DNA from: Blasia pusilla
Lineage: Eukaryota
DNA length: 64,000 nucleotides
Reading direction: 5' to 3'
NCBI GenBank assembly: GCA_050084515.1
Contig: CM114271.1
Span: 17,174,001-17,238,000 of the forward strand
How positions within the stretch are numbered: the stretch's first letter is position 1; each line of letters starts with the position of its first letter. The notes beneath the pieces were generated by a model that searched no databases, was not told the DNA's origin, and worked only from the letters and a program-made list of their open reading frames with translations. Positions 53,501 to 64,000 of this stretch are shown here, in pieces. The translations under genes were made by a program, and so were the position numbers.

Positions 53501-53555
53501 TGCTGTGGGTAGATTTAGGAGTGATAATATTTTAGCCTGCCACTACATTGTGTAG
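47508..53555 (+). CDS. FGMYB: R2R3-MYB transcription factor, MYB98/MYB64/MYB119/FGMYB-type, ~1400 aa, with C-terminal MoaE-like domain
   Basis: Exons 47508-49423, 50396-50522, 51102-53119, 53414-53555 (GT-AG, phases 2/0/2; 4203 nt). R2: [54 protein letters not shown]|. R3: [48 protein letters not shown]. The start is the first in-frame ATG of the 47358-49427 ORF. The symbol is a clade-level assignment. Confidence 0.88.
52869..53555 (+). other. Degenerate MoaE/CNX6 (molybdopterin synthase large subunit)-like domain, in frame at the MYB C-terminus
   Basis: [22 protein letters not shown]...[79 protein letters not shown] follows the MoaE pattern G+.V..L.YE.Y.PMA...L..IC...R..W.I..IA.AHRLG.V..GE.SV..AVSS. 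Confidence 0.8.
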
Positions 53556-56500
53556 CGAATCTGGCGATGGATCACGTAGTTAGATAGCCTAAAGTTTCGA
53601 CTGGACCATTCTACTCTCTAAAGAATTTCAAACCTACAGCGATAGATAGCTATGCAGTAGCATACATAATACGCCGGGAGAGCAGAATCTTAGCCGCCAC
53701 TCTGAAGGTTCCTCTATGTCTCTATTCCTCAAGAAATGAGCAATCATTCGGAAACCAACCAGTGGACACAACTTTAACATGACACTGTTCTGAAAACAAA
53801 CTATGCTTGACTGTATGTGTACAAACTTGCATGTATGTCTCAAGAGCTCCAACTATTGTGTTAATTCATATTCCAAGGTTTGCAATTGTGTGAGGATCGT
53901 CCCTAAAATTCAATATATTTTACCTCGTGATGAGTGCATTTTTCTGGTGGACGTCTCGTGGATGCCTTGAACACCAATTCAGAGCTCTTCCTAAGTCTAA
54001 TGTGGACGTGAACAGCTTGGCTAAAGATGATCTGCACGAATCACCTCTTCTCCATCGTATATACCCATCTACAAACGGAATCGGCACTCGTCTGTTTCAC
54101 CAGAGATTTCCTCGGAAAAAGGGTGTTGTTGGGTACCTCCTTGAGAGGAGAAATTACAATCGCCAGTTGGCGCATGCAGTCTCTGAAGCTCATTGTACGA
54201 GCGGTACATTTATGTTCATGACAGTCCCGTTTCCATGATCATATCAAACATTAGTCCACACCGCTGATTTATGTCACTGATTATGCTGAAACGTATTTCA
54301 AACCTGCGTTCTATTTTACCTGTATAAAATTGGAAGCACGGAACACGATCACTGACAGTAGTTTCTGGAAAATTTCATAATCTAACAAAAGGAATTGAAT
54401 TCAAAACTAATCTGCATTAATACCGAAGGAAAGTCATCTGCAAGTCTGTTGGAGATCATAAAGCTCTGTTCATACCTGGATGACACCGGCGTCCCTTGAT
54501 ACCAACTTGCTCAAGTCGATGCAAGCTTGCAGTACTAGCATTACGACTCGGTGGAAATTTTCGTTCCCAGAAGAGTTCAGTAGCTAAGGTTGAATCGGAT
54601 AGTCTAAATTCGAGTTCGCCTTCAATAATCATAGTGCAGATTTTTTGAGACTTCAAAATTCCATCGCTTCGTGCTCATCCGCAATCACGCTCGAGTTTAT
54701 CGTATAAGTTTCGATTAGTACATGTCCATGTCAAATTTGCGCTGGTCACGATCCCTACGAGTACTTTTAAAACATTAATATCCATTGAGATGGGAAATAA
54801 GTGCCGACTGCTCAAGGCAACCCTGCAAATGTCTGATCATAGGGATGCCTACACTGACGTTTGAGCACTGCCTCATCCACAGCTACAAGATCAAACTAGT
54901 TCCATAATAGTCATGTAAACTGTTGGTCTCATAGACTTTGGGCAGTCCTGACGCAGATTGAACAATCGCATCAGTCAAAGGCCAGCGATTTCAAAGAGTC
55001 AGTTCTGTGTATCCGTATCATCAAGTGCCGTTTGCTGATCCGACCGCAGAGTCTTCGGGCTTAATTAATAGATTTAGGCTTCAAATTGTAGACCGCTCTT
55101 GAGAACGAATTTGAGTTCCAGATCACCGACAGTACAACCGTCGTCTTGTTGTAGTACAACTGAACGCGTCCACCCTACGATCGATCGAGTCCAGACCTTC
55201 ATTCTCTCCTTCGCCAGGGCTTGTCATGATTTCAGATTTCCGAGAGCCCTAAGACATGGCCGTTTCAAGAACACTTTTTCCTAATTTCGTCGAGTTTTCC
55301 TGCGCACCTTGTCCTCCTGCTTATTTATACGTTTTGTCCGGATCAGCTGCAGTTGTGCATTGTTGCTAAGTGGACACTTCCAGTGCTAGAATCAGAAACA
55401 TGGCAGTTGAATCCACCTGGGATGACTTGGAAACCCGTTTATGCCGAGGTCGGATTTTTTCTCCAAAGCAGAAGAATCTGATCATACTGTTAACCTGGAT
55501 TCGAATCGAACCTCGGGGCGGCAAAGAATATTGGGGAGCTCCTTTTGCTCGGTACCAGAGTTTGAGGAGAAATTTAGACCAATGGTCTGCAATGATTCAT
55601 TCTTACTCCTCCGTTTACCGTCCAGGACCGGGCTTTTAATTAAAATCCTTGTTCGATTGAATTTCCCCATCCATCAGCGTTCAGCGTCAGAACGGAGATC
55701 TCGCCATAGAACGTACTACACAGACATCCTCAGAACTTTTGATTTATCAGTAGCAAAACCCGCTCGACCAGCTTAGGCCGTACCCCATGAGTTGTCAGCC
55801 GAAGAGCGCACCGGATAGCAGTTCTCAATTTTTCAGATGGCGGACCCTGCCCTGCCACCCTAGCTCTAGCTACAGTCGTAGCTTCAGATGATGCCCCCTG
55901 ATCCCCTGATTAACAGGACCTCTGTACTGACTGTTTCCTTGCTCATTTTCGGGACACAGACAGTGTTGCCACCAGCCGTAGGTCCGGACTAATTACTCGC
56001 GACCGACATCCTTGGCCATCTGGTTTGTACTAACACCACGATCGATGGTACGAGCTACCTATACCACTCCTCTGCACACTGTAAAGGAAGATCAGAACAG
56101 CCGTCTGACTTCGTCTGAAGGTTGAACATGAATCATGCTGGATGTGGGATAGCTGGTCCAACGTTGCACCCTCCCGATCCCACCTTCGCAGAGCCGGTCC
56201 CATGATCCATGAGCCTCATCGGTCCCATTCCCAGCGGATGTAGTGTAGCAGCAACGGACAGGGTCCCATGCATGTCTCATTTAAGATTTGGTCGATTCCG
56301 CAGGGGTTTAGTCCAAGTGATTCATCATCTCTCTAGACTTCGGGCACAATTGATGCGATGTAACACGAAACATGATCTCTCTCCCCGATGGAGAGAGACT
56401 CTGACGGGGTTTGCACACACCGTCTCCTGCCCTGCATCCCATGGGAAGATCACTTTCTAATCTCGCAACTCCTCCTCTTCAACTCATCATCTTTCTACAT

Positions 56501-56934
56501 CCCATCATAGGTTTCTAGACTTCGTCAACCCTTCCGAGTCTCCTCCCTAGTGGCCGAGTAAGAACAGAAAAAGTTTTGTCGACGATCACCTTACACCCCA
56601 TTCGACTTTGGAGGGCCCCTTTGAGCTCCAGGAAATCACGAACATCCCTCCGTCCTCTCTATGCATGCATCTCTTCCAACTATGCTCGTCGGCTCTAAAC
56701 CTAGCTACATCCCAAACCCGAATCCGATACCTCGCTCATCTGGAGGAGCCCAGTGGAAGGAAACAATGCGTTAAAAAAATTTGCGAGTATGAGTAATGGA
56801 CGGATGAGAACGGGAAGTCAAATAAAAGTTACACAGTCCCCTTTTCGTTTCGCGGCGAGATTACCTCTGCAGTTGGCTGTCAGCTAGAGAAACCCTCGTT
56901 CTGGTGAGCTCTGTGGCACATCCGGTAAATATGG

Positions 56935-57359
56935 ACTCATCCTCTCTCTAGAACGAGAGCTTGAACCAGACACATGCAAGTCAAAAAAAGCGGCTGGAAC
57001 GGCATATGAAGTTCGACCATCATCCCTCTACAACGAAGAGAGAGCTTCTAAGCTGGCCCTTTAGAGCTTGACTTAATCTGACTCGAGATGCATGCGTGCG
57101 CACAACAACCGCGCCTGTGGATCATCTTTCCAGGCAACCACTCCTCCACCAAGAACTCCGGCGATTTGAGAGGGACACGCTGGGAGGTACTCATCCTCTC
57201 TCTAGATGGAACGCCATTAGAAACTAGTATCATGCATCATCTTTCAAGGCCTCTCGCCAACCGCGCACTACCCCATCCCTTCTCCCCGCTTGCTAAGCAA
57301 ACCAACTACCAAACCCGCGTTCCGACGGGATATATTTACGCACCCATCCTCTCTCTAGA
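56935..57359. repeat. Dispersed repeated motif (ACT)CATCCTCTCTCTAGA
   Basis: Identical 18-mer ACTCATCCTCTCTCTAGA at 56935-56952 and 57189-57206. 15-mer at 57345-57359. Partial CATCTCTCTAGA at 56326-56337. Confidence 0.8.
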
Positions 57360-58009
57360 GACGCGCGAGCTTTTGCAGTCCATGGAGGCATCATCTCTCA
57401 AGACGCGCCAATCGCACCGCGCCACACTTCGAAGCAGCAGGGCTTCGCCAGCTCTCTGTCCCCCCGTCCATGGATGCATCATCTTTCTTCAGCTTTCCTC
57501 AGTGATGCCATGTGAGAGGACTCCGATCATCAACCACTCTAATATCGTTTCGATTCGATGGCCACTACGGCAGTACTTCGGCACCAGACTTCTTCCCCTC
57601 AGACCGACGGATATTCCCGGCACCTGCTCCGGGTGGTTCTGCCGACGCGCTCAGGAATCTCGCCGCACAGGAGTATAATGGACGAGATCACTCGCACTCT
57701 CTCTCTTCCGATCCGAAATCTGCGCAGCACAGGCGTCCCCCCGCGGGAGATGGGGGGACGCCATTGGATCCGCGGTTTCAAACAAACGAATCATACCCAC
57801 AGTCCGAAATATATCGGGGGACCACTGTTCTTGAACGGGAATGAGACTGGGTATACGAACAGGAGTAGACTCATAGGCACTGGGAATCTCACAAGAACTA
57901 GGCTACGGCTCTCATACGCGCGCCGGGACCGCTGGAAAAGTGGACGCACAGGCATGTCTGACACCCAAGCCACGAGTTCTAGTATGGGGGATGGCCTCCA
58001 TACACGGAC

Positions 58010-58200
58010 ACAGTTTATAACCATGTGAGGCCCTCCGCTCGTTGCGCGCCGTACACTCGGCGAACCCGAACGCGGCACGTGAAATCGCGGGTCGGGTCCT
58101 TGTACAAAATCGGTGCCATCCCGCGAGTTTCGTGTGATCATTAGAATACCACCCTTTGCCGTCTTTCTCTTGTAGAAATGACCTCCGCTTGACGTGACGA
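58010..58200 (-). promoter_or_regulatory. Candidate minus-strand promoter facing the MYB gene
   Basis: TATAAA on minus at 58014-58019, G-box CACGTG at 58076-58081 and TGACGT near 58190, at the edge of a GC-rich block. Motif evidence only. Confidence 0.3.
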
Positions 58201-58700
58201 ACGTCAGCTACAACCCAAGAAAAGAGATCCTTGTGGGTCCACTTCTGCACTCCGACACTTCTTAAAGGTAAGTCCTTGCAGTCATATCTTTTTCTTAGTA
58301 CCACAAACAATAATAATAACAACTAGTGCAAGCCCGTGCTATGCGATCGCACGGATTTAAATTACCTCCGGTAATTTTCAACCGTCATTTTTAATTCATT
58401 TCGAATCATCCTATTGGTCGAAAAAGAACCAAATATTGGGCTGAAAGTGCCCGATGTTTGCCAGGCACTTTTCATTTGGCAAACCACAATCTTCCCTTTT
58501 CCCTATTGCCCCGTTGAGTTTGTTCTCATGTGGTGTTCTCCTTTTCTAGTGGCGTCTTTTTCTTGTTACGACGTTTTCCCTCTCTTCTTTTCCCGAGCAC
58601 CCTTTCTGAATCGGTCGTCCTGTCGTGGTTATACGGAATTCCGTTCCTTGAGATTTACCCCGTTCGGTTACACTTAGTTTACCGAGACTTATTTAACGAA

Positions 58701-61700
58701 CTAGTAAGGTGCCCGTGCGATGCACGGATAAAATAAGGTAGTATAAAATGAACGGGTGAAATAAGGTAGTATAGACTCAAGATACATTTTATCAAATTTA
58801 TTTCATCTCAATATTTCTTTATATATTACATTTCGTGTGTAGTTATTTGAATGTTCATCTCTTCCAATGGTAATGTGGATGGAACTTCTCTTTCCTACTC
58901 TAGATAATGCTACATACAATTGACCATGAGAAAATACAGGAGTAGGCAAGTAAATGCCAACCTTTTGCAAAGTTTGACCTTGCGACTTATTAATAGTCAT
59001 AGCAAAAGCCGGCCTAACAGGGAATTGAAACCTACGCAAATCAAATGGCAAACCAGAATCTGATGCAATCAATGGAATACGTGGAATAAAAACGCGATCT
59101 CCAATATTTTTCCCAGTGATAATTTCAGCATCGATGCAATGTCTCATAAATCCACGAATCACCAATCTTCTTCCGTTTGCTTGTCCATGTGACCCATTCA
59201 TGTTTCGCAAGAGCATGATTGGTGCACCAATCTTCAAACACAAACGATGTGGAGGAAGTCCAGAAGGCAAGCATGTGTTCAAGAATTCAGTTGGATAGAT
59301 ATGACTCATTCTCTCATTCGGAATAGAGTCGACGCTAAGGTAAATATGCTCCTGTACACAATATGTAATGTATTAGTGAGAAATGGAAATATTAGTATCC
59401 AAACTTCCAAAAAACATATTGATAGAGGTAAAAATGAGATAAGTCTAAAGGATTACCTCTCAGGGGAACCGAGACATAATTGTGCATTTATGTAAATCAA
59501 CATCTTTATTTCTCAGAGCCAAAATAGTTGTATCTCTTAAGAATTCAATGTCATGGAATCGGCTAAGAAAATCTCCATAGATCAAATCAATAAGATCACA
59601 TATTTTGTTACTATTAGTAACAATATCAGATGGTAATCGTAAGAAGTCTTCTCCCAAATGAGGGTGTAAAAGTACACGACCCTCTCCCACCTCCAGTAAC
59701 CAATCAGCAAAAGCTTGTTGTTCATCACGCAAATGACCATCCAACCTTTGAATTCTTATGTTTGTTTTCAACTTCATAACCCTTACATTAGACCAAAGAG
59801 ATGATCTCTTTATGGTGGCTTGGATGATTTGCGGTCGATCCCCATGACGAACAACAGGCAACACTTGACGAAAATCACCACCAAATACCATAAGTTTTCC
59901 ACCAAACGGTAATTGCCGTAAATCATCCGAAACAACTCCCATGATATCCTGTAAGGTCCGATTCACGGCCTCAAAGGCATGACGATGAGCCATAGGTGCC
60001 TCATCCCATATAATGAGCATCGCCTCACGGATTAAGCGCGCTCCATCACTATCGACCGATAAACTACCAGCAAAAAGGGAAGAAAATTAGAAGCTGAAAC
60101 AATTTGAGCAATTAACAAAATCTTGCTAATTAAGACAACTTGTGGTACTTACTTGCAAGTAGAGCTTTCATGAAGATTAATGGGGATCTTGAAGCGTGAA
60201 TGAGCAGTACGTCCTTCGTCTAACAATAGCGCAGCTATACCAGATGATGCAACGGCCAATGCTATATCTCTAACGCTCCTTACACTTGCAAGAAGAAGAT
60301 TATATAAAAATGTTTTTCCAGTTCCACCTGGACCATCGATGAAAAAAACTTTTGGAGATGGTGGAGCATTCGCGCATATTTGATCAAGCTCATCATGTAT
60401 AGCGTCCCATATCATGCGTTGTCCTTTGTTTAGGCACGCTTCTTCCAATTGCACTTGCTCAAATAATTTTTCCGTGTCATATGATAGCTCTTGTTCCTCC
60501 AAATATGAGTATGAATGAAGGCTTTCGAAATTAGCTTGGGGCATGTGTGGGAAGTCAGATAGTCTCTTTCCTTGATCTTGTAAATAATAATGGACTTCCA
60601 ATAATGCGGTATTAATAATAGCATCATCAACAGCAAGGTTATGAATTCTTGTTTTCTGTAATGGATGAGCTCAAAAAAAGGTTAAAATTATGGTTAGTAT
60701 CTGGGACTGTCAATGTAAGTGAGATGGAAAACGTTACAACTATTAGGAATGAAATTGTTTTGAAGGAGTTGTAGTATTGGATTCTTACTTGACGTCGTTC
60801 ATATAAGAGATCTTCGACCAATGGAACCAAGAACTGACTCCATAATATTGCAGTTGGTTGAGCGGGTGTGTTATAAGTGGAATACTTGCAAAGAGTCGGC
60901 GTAATGAAGAACCCGTACGGATTATGGAAGCTTCTTCAAAGCAAGTAAACACCTCCCTATCATCCTCAAGAAGTCCTAATTGGATAGCAGCCTCCTTGAA
61001 TGTTGGACATAATATCCCATGAACCGTTCTTAAGCATTCGTATGTAGTTGCTCCTCGAACATGATGGAGGAGTAATCTCAACCAATGTCGTTCTCCTTCA
61101 CCTATGACAAAGTAAAAAAGTGAGCTCATCTATCTATATATAAAAGAAAATGGGCGAGGCTGGTATATAAAAAGGAGTAAATATATATAAAGAATTTAAG
61201 TTTTTACCTGGATGAGTAAGGTATAAGCGGCCAATGGGATGACCACAATCATTAAATTTTTTCACCCTACGAATCCATCTCTTGTTACTCCAATGATAAT
61301 ATGAAGGGAAATCTATATATAGATACTGTTGAGAAGTGGAGTCAGATAGATTGGTAGCAAACCATTGGGTCAAAGTTGTCTCTCTATTTATTTGCAAAAT
61401 ATTTTGAGGAGCGTCAACATCATTGAAGTAGACTATTTGTTGCTCCGGAAGATGAACTGCTAATCTCACAATACTTGGAAGTTCAGCATGTAGAGAAAAC
61501 TTGAAGAGACGCCAACATGCTTCTGAAGAAGATATATATCTGGAAAAATAAGAATTCCAAGTATTCAAATTAGGAGAATGAACATGATGGATAAGAAATA
61601 GAATGGAATGCATCACATCAATGAAAGCAGAATCATACCTGCATCAAGATATGATGTTTGTCGTCAATAACATCAATTGCATTGGATGTATCCGTGTCCT

Positions 61701-64000
61701 TTGACAACTTAAATGACACCGCATCAGACCCCTTATAGACATATTTGTATAAGTACTTGACGGCAAAAACACTACTTGTGATTTCAAGATTAATGTGACA
61801 ATCGAAGAGGGTGCATAACATAGGATTGTAGGGCACAACCCAACGATTATCCAGTGAATGTTGGCTCTTAATTATCGCCCTCCCATTCTTCAATCTAAAA
61901 AAATACAATAACAAATCATAAATATGCTTTCCAATACTACATCATATGTCTTACAATAATACTGAGATAAGACAAAATTAAAGGATCCTTACCTACGATA
62001 GATTGGATAGCCATCTTCCTCTCTCTGTAGTGTTGGCTAAAAGCCTTAGGATAGCCTTTGGTGCACTTTTTGGTTTCTTTATCCATACATTGTGCATTTG
62101 GATTTAATGGTCCACATGGCCCATGAACCATGCAATTAGCAATGAGAATACAACCTTGGATGGGTAGATTGATCAGGATCTCTGCTGAAATAATACGATC
62201 ATAATCATGAGTGGCGTGGTTTATCCTCCCGCCCCTAATATAATAAGAACGTGCATATCGGCAAACCTTTTTTGGAATTCCACCACATGGATACATCCTG
62301 CAACTCGTCCTAATATTTGCTTCTTGATGATAAGCCTTAATAACTCTTTCTTTTTCTTCTCAAAAACCCGTACAACCAAATCTGGTCGGTCTGCAACCGA
62401 TTGACCAGGAATAAGGTTGATGTAATCTCCTCCCACTTTGGATTGCATGTCATAGTCAAAAAGTAGTCCGGCTTCCCCAAATGTCTTACAATTGCCATTG
62501 CATCTTGATACACTTGATGCATGTGACGCGGTCCTCCAATAAAAGAAGAAGGTAATATAATGCGCCTCCCAACCTTGCGACTATCCACATCATGTCGATG
62601 TATAGCATCCTTTACACCTTGATATAATTCAACCCTTAACTCCTTTTGATTCAAGCGAACCCATGATAATCGTTGCATCTCTACAGTTGCATAGAGGTCA
62701 ACCATATATTCTTGAGTAAGTCGACCAAACCGCAATAACCGATTGTCATCTTCGCCTTCAATCCGCGTTTGAAGTCGAAAACATGCAAATTGCAAGGCCG
62801 TAACACTCTTTGTTTTTCTTTCCACAAAAATATCACCATCAAGTCTTTCCTCATCCATCCAATCTTCTAAAGGATCCACGTGTCCCTCCTCATGAATAAT
62901 CCGGCCCAATCGTTCGGATTCTCTATGACCTTCAATCCTCCCGAAGGGTATTCCACGATGCCAACCTGCTTCACCATAGGTAAATAGGAGAACAAAATGT
63001 AGTGGAATATATGCTTCATTGAGGTCTGATATACGCTTCACTCCTCCTCCATGTAGTCGTACAATTATATCACGATGGTCAACATGTTCACTACCATCAC
63101 CCGGCAATATAGCCGCAACCTCAGAAGCAATTGGTAAATTATAACGCTTAGCATCGAGACCTCTCTTACTTGCCTTGAGGATGATCTGCATATTAACGTC
63201 AATTGCTTCATATGCCATATGACGAAAGATCTTCACATATGGGTTGCATGCATGTAACATGTCTTGTAGCCCTCTCAAAATATCTGAATTAAGATCAGAA
63301 GATCTAGACATAACTCTTTCACGATTCTCCAATTCATTTGCGGTATCATGGATGTAGAGTTGAGCAAATTGGGGATGACCCCCCATATCAGGATGTAAGG
63401 ATCCAATAGAATGATAAATTCCGCCTTGGATCCTAAAGTGTCCGGTGCCACCTATTTGTTCATTTATATGCACTCCAGTAGAGGCAAGTTGAAGCGCAGA
63501 ATTGTAAGCTCTAGCATGTGTAAGAAAATGAAGACTTCTAGGACCAACACCTGAAATCAAGGATTTCAGGAATGGAGGAGACGATTTCAAGAGGGGTAAA
63601 TGTATTCTCCCATGGCCACAACACATGCCATATGGTGAGTCACTAATCTTTAAGCCTTTCACCCTTTCACATTTCCAATGTAAAGCATGACATGATGGGC
63701 ATATCTCTGTCATATAACCCAACGTATGACGACCGTTGACACGATTCAAACTCCTCTGTAATCTCAACTTCCTAATATCATTTTCTTGGAAATTTGGTCT
63801 TCTTGCAAGATTCAATAATGTATTTAATCTTACAATCCTATCAACAACAGACAACGGAGGAACCCTAGAAGCATTTTGTATAGTGGCACTTTCTGGAGAT
63901 AACACGACTCCATTAATGGTAGAAGACGAAGGATCTACTCTTGAGCTTGCTTCATCCTCGGAACGGGGAAGAGTTGAAGAATTCTCACCAACTTCATGTT
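58701..64000 (-). mobile_element. Helitron encoding a disrupted Rep/PIF1-helicase; runs off the window
   Basis: 3' end CCGTGCATCGCACGG hairpin + CTAG|T at 58701. PIF1 motifs [51 protein letters not shown]. Rep motifs LPSSFIGGPRHM...PDYFLTMTCNPKW and KYLYKYVYKG. Contains introns (e.g. ~60064-60152) and frameshifts. Confidence 0.95.

Noticed and set aside
52869-53555. A separate functional CNX6/MoaE gene next to the MYB
   Set aside because: The segment is continuous and in frame with MYB exon 3, has no intervening stop or promoter-like gap, and lacks the catalytic HR and PIWKKE motifs.
57088-58028. 196-aa and 156-aa plus-strand ORFs as protein genes
   Set aside because: No recognisable domain, and overlapping ORFs occur in several frames on both strands, as expected by chance in GC-rich DNA.

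Overview
Eukaryotic land-plant DNA, probably a bryophyte and possibly a liverwort (inferred from gene and transposon content). Two intact spliced genes on the + strand sit among AT-rich decayed transposons. The first is a 9-exon SYP7-type Qc-SNARE syntaxin (17011-23065, 277 aa). The second is a very large R2R3-MYB (about 1400 aa, 47508-53555) of the MYB98/MYB64/MYB119/FGMYB female-gametophyte clade. Its C-terminus, split across the last intron, is a degenerate MoaE (molybdopterin synthase catalytic subunit, CNX6/MOCS2B)-like domain lacking the catalytic motifs; this transcription factor/pseudoenzyme fusion is the main finding. Downstream of the MYB lies a ~4.7 kb apparently non-coding block with a minus-strand TATA box and repeated GAGA-type motifs, a candidate SUF-like antisense regulatory locus. 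Transposons include a CRE-like non-LTR element, a DUF659 hAT remnant with a ~180-bp tandem array, a hAT MITE family (TIR CAAGGTTGCA, 8-bp TSDs), Ty3/gypsy and Ty1/copia relics, mini-Helitrons and a disrupted Rep/Helicase Helitron with two stacked 3' ends. All family assignments come from motif recognition, not database searches.
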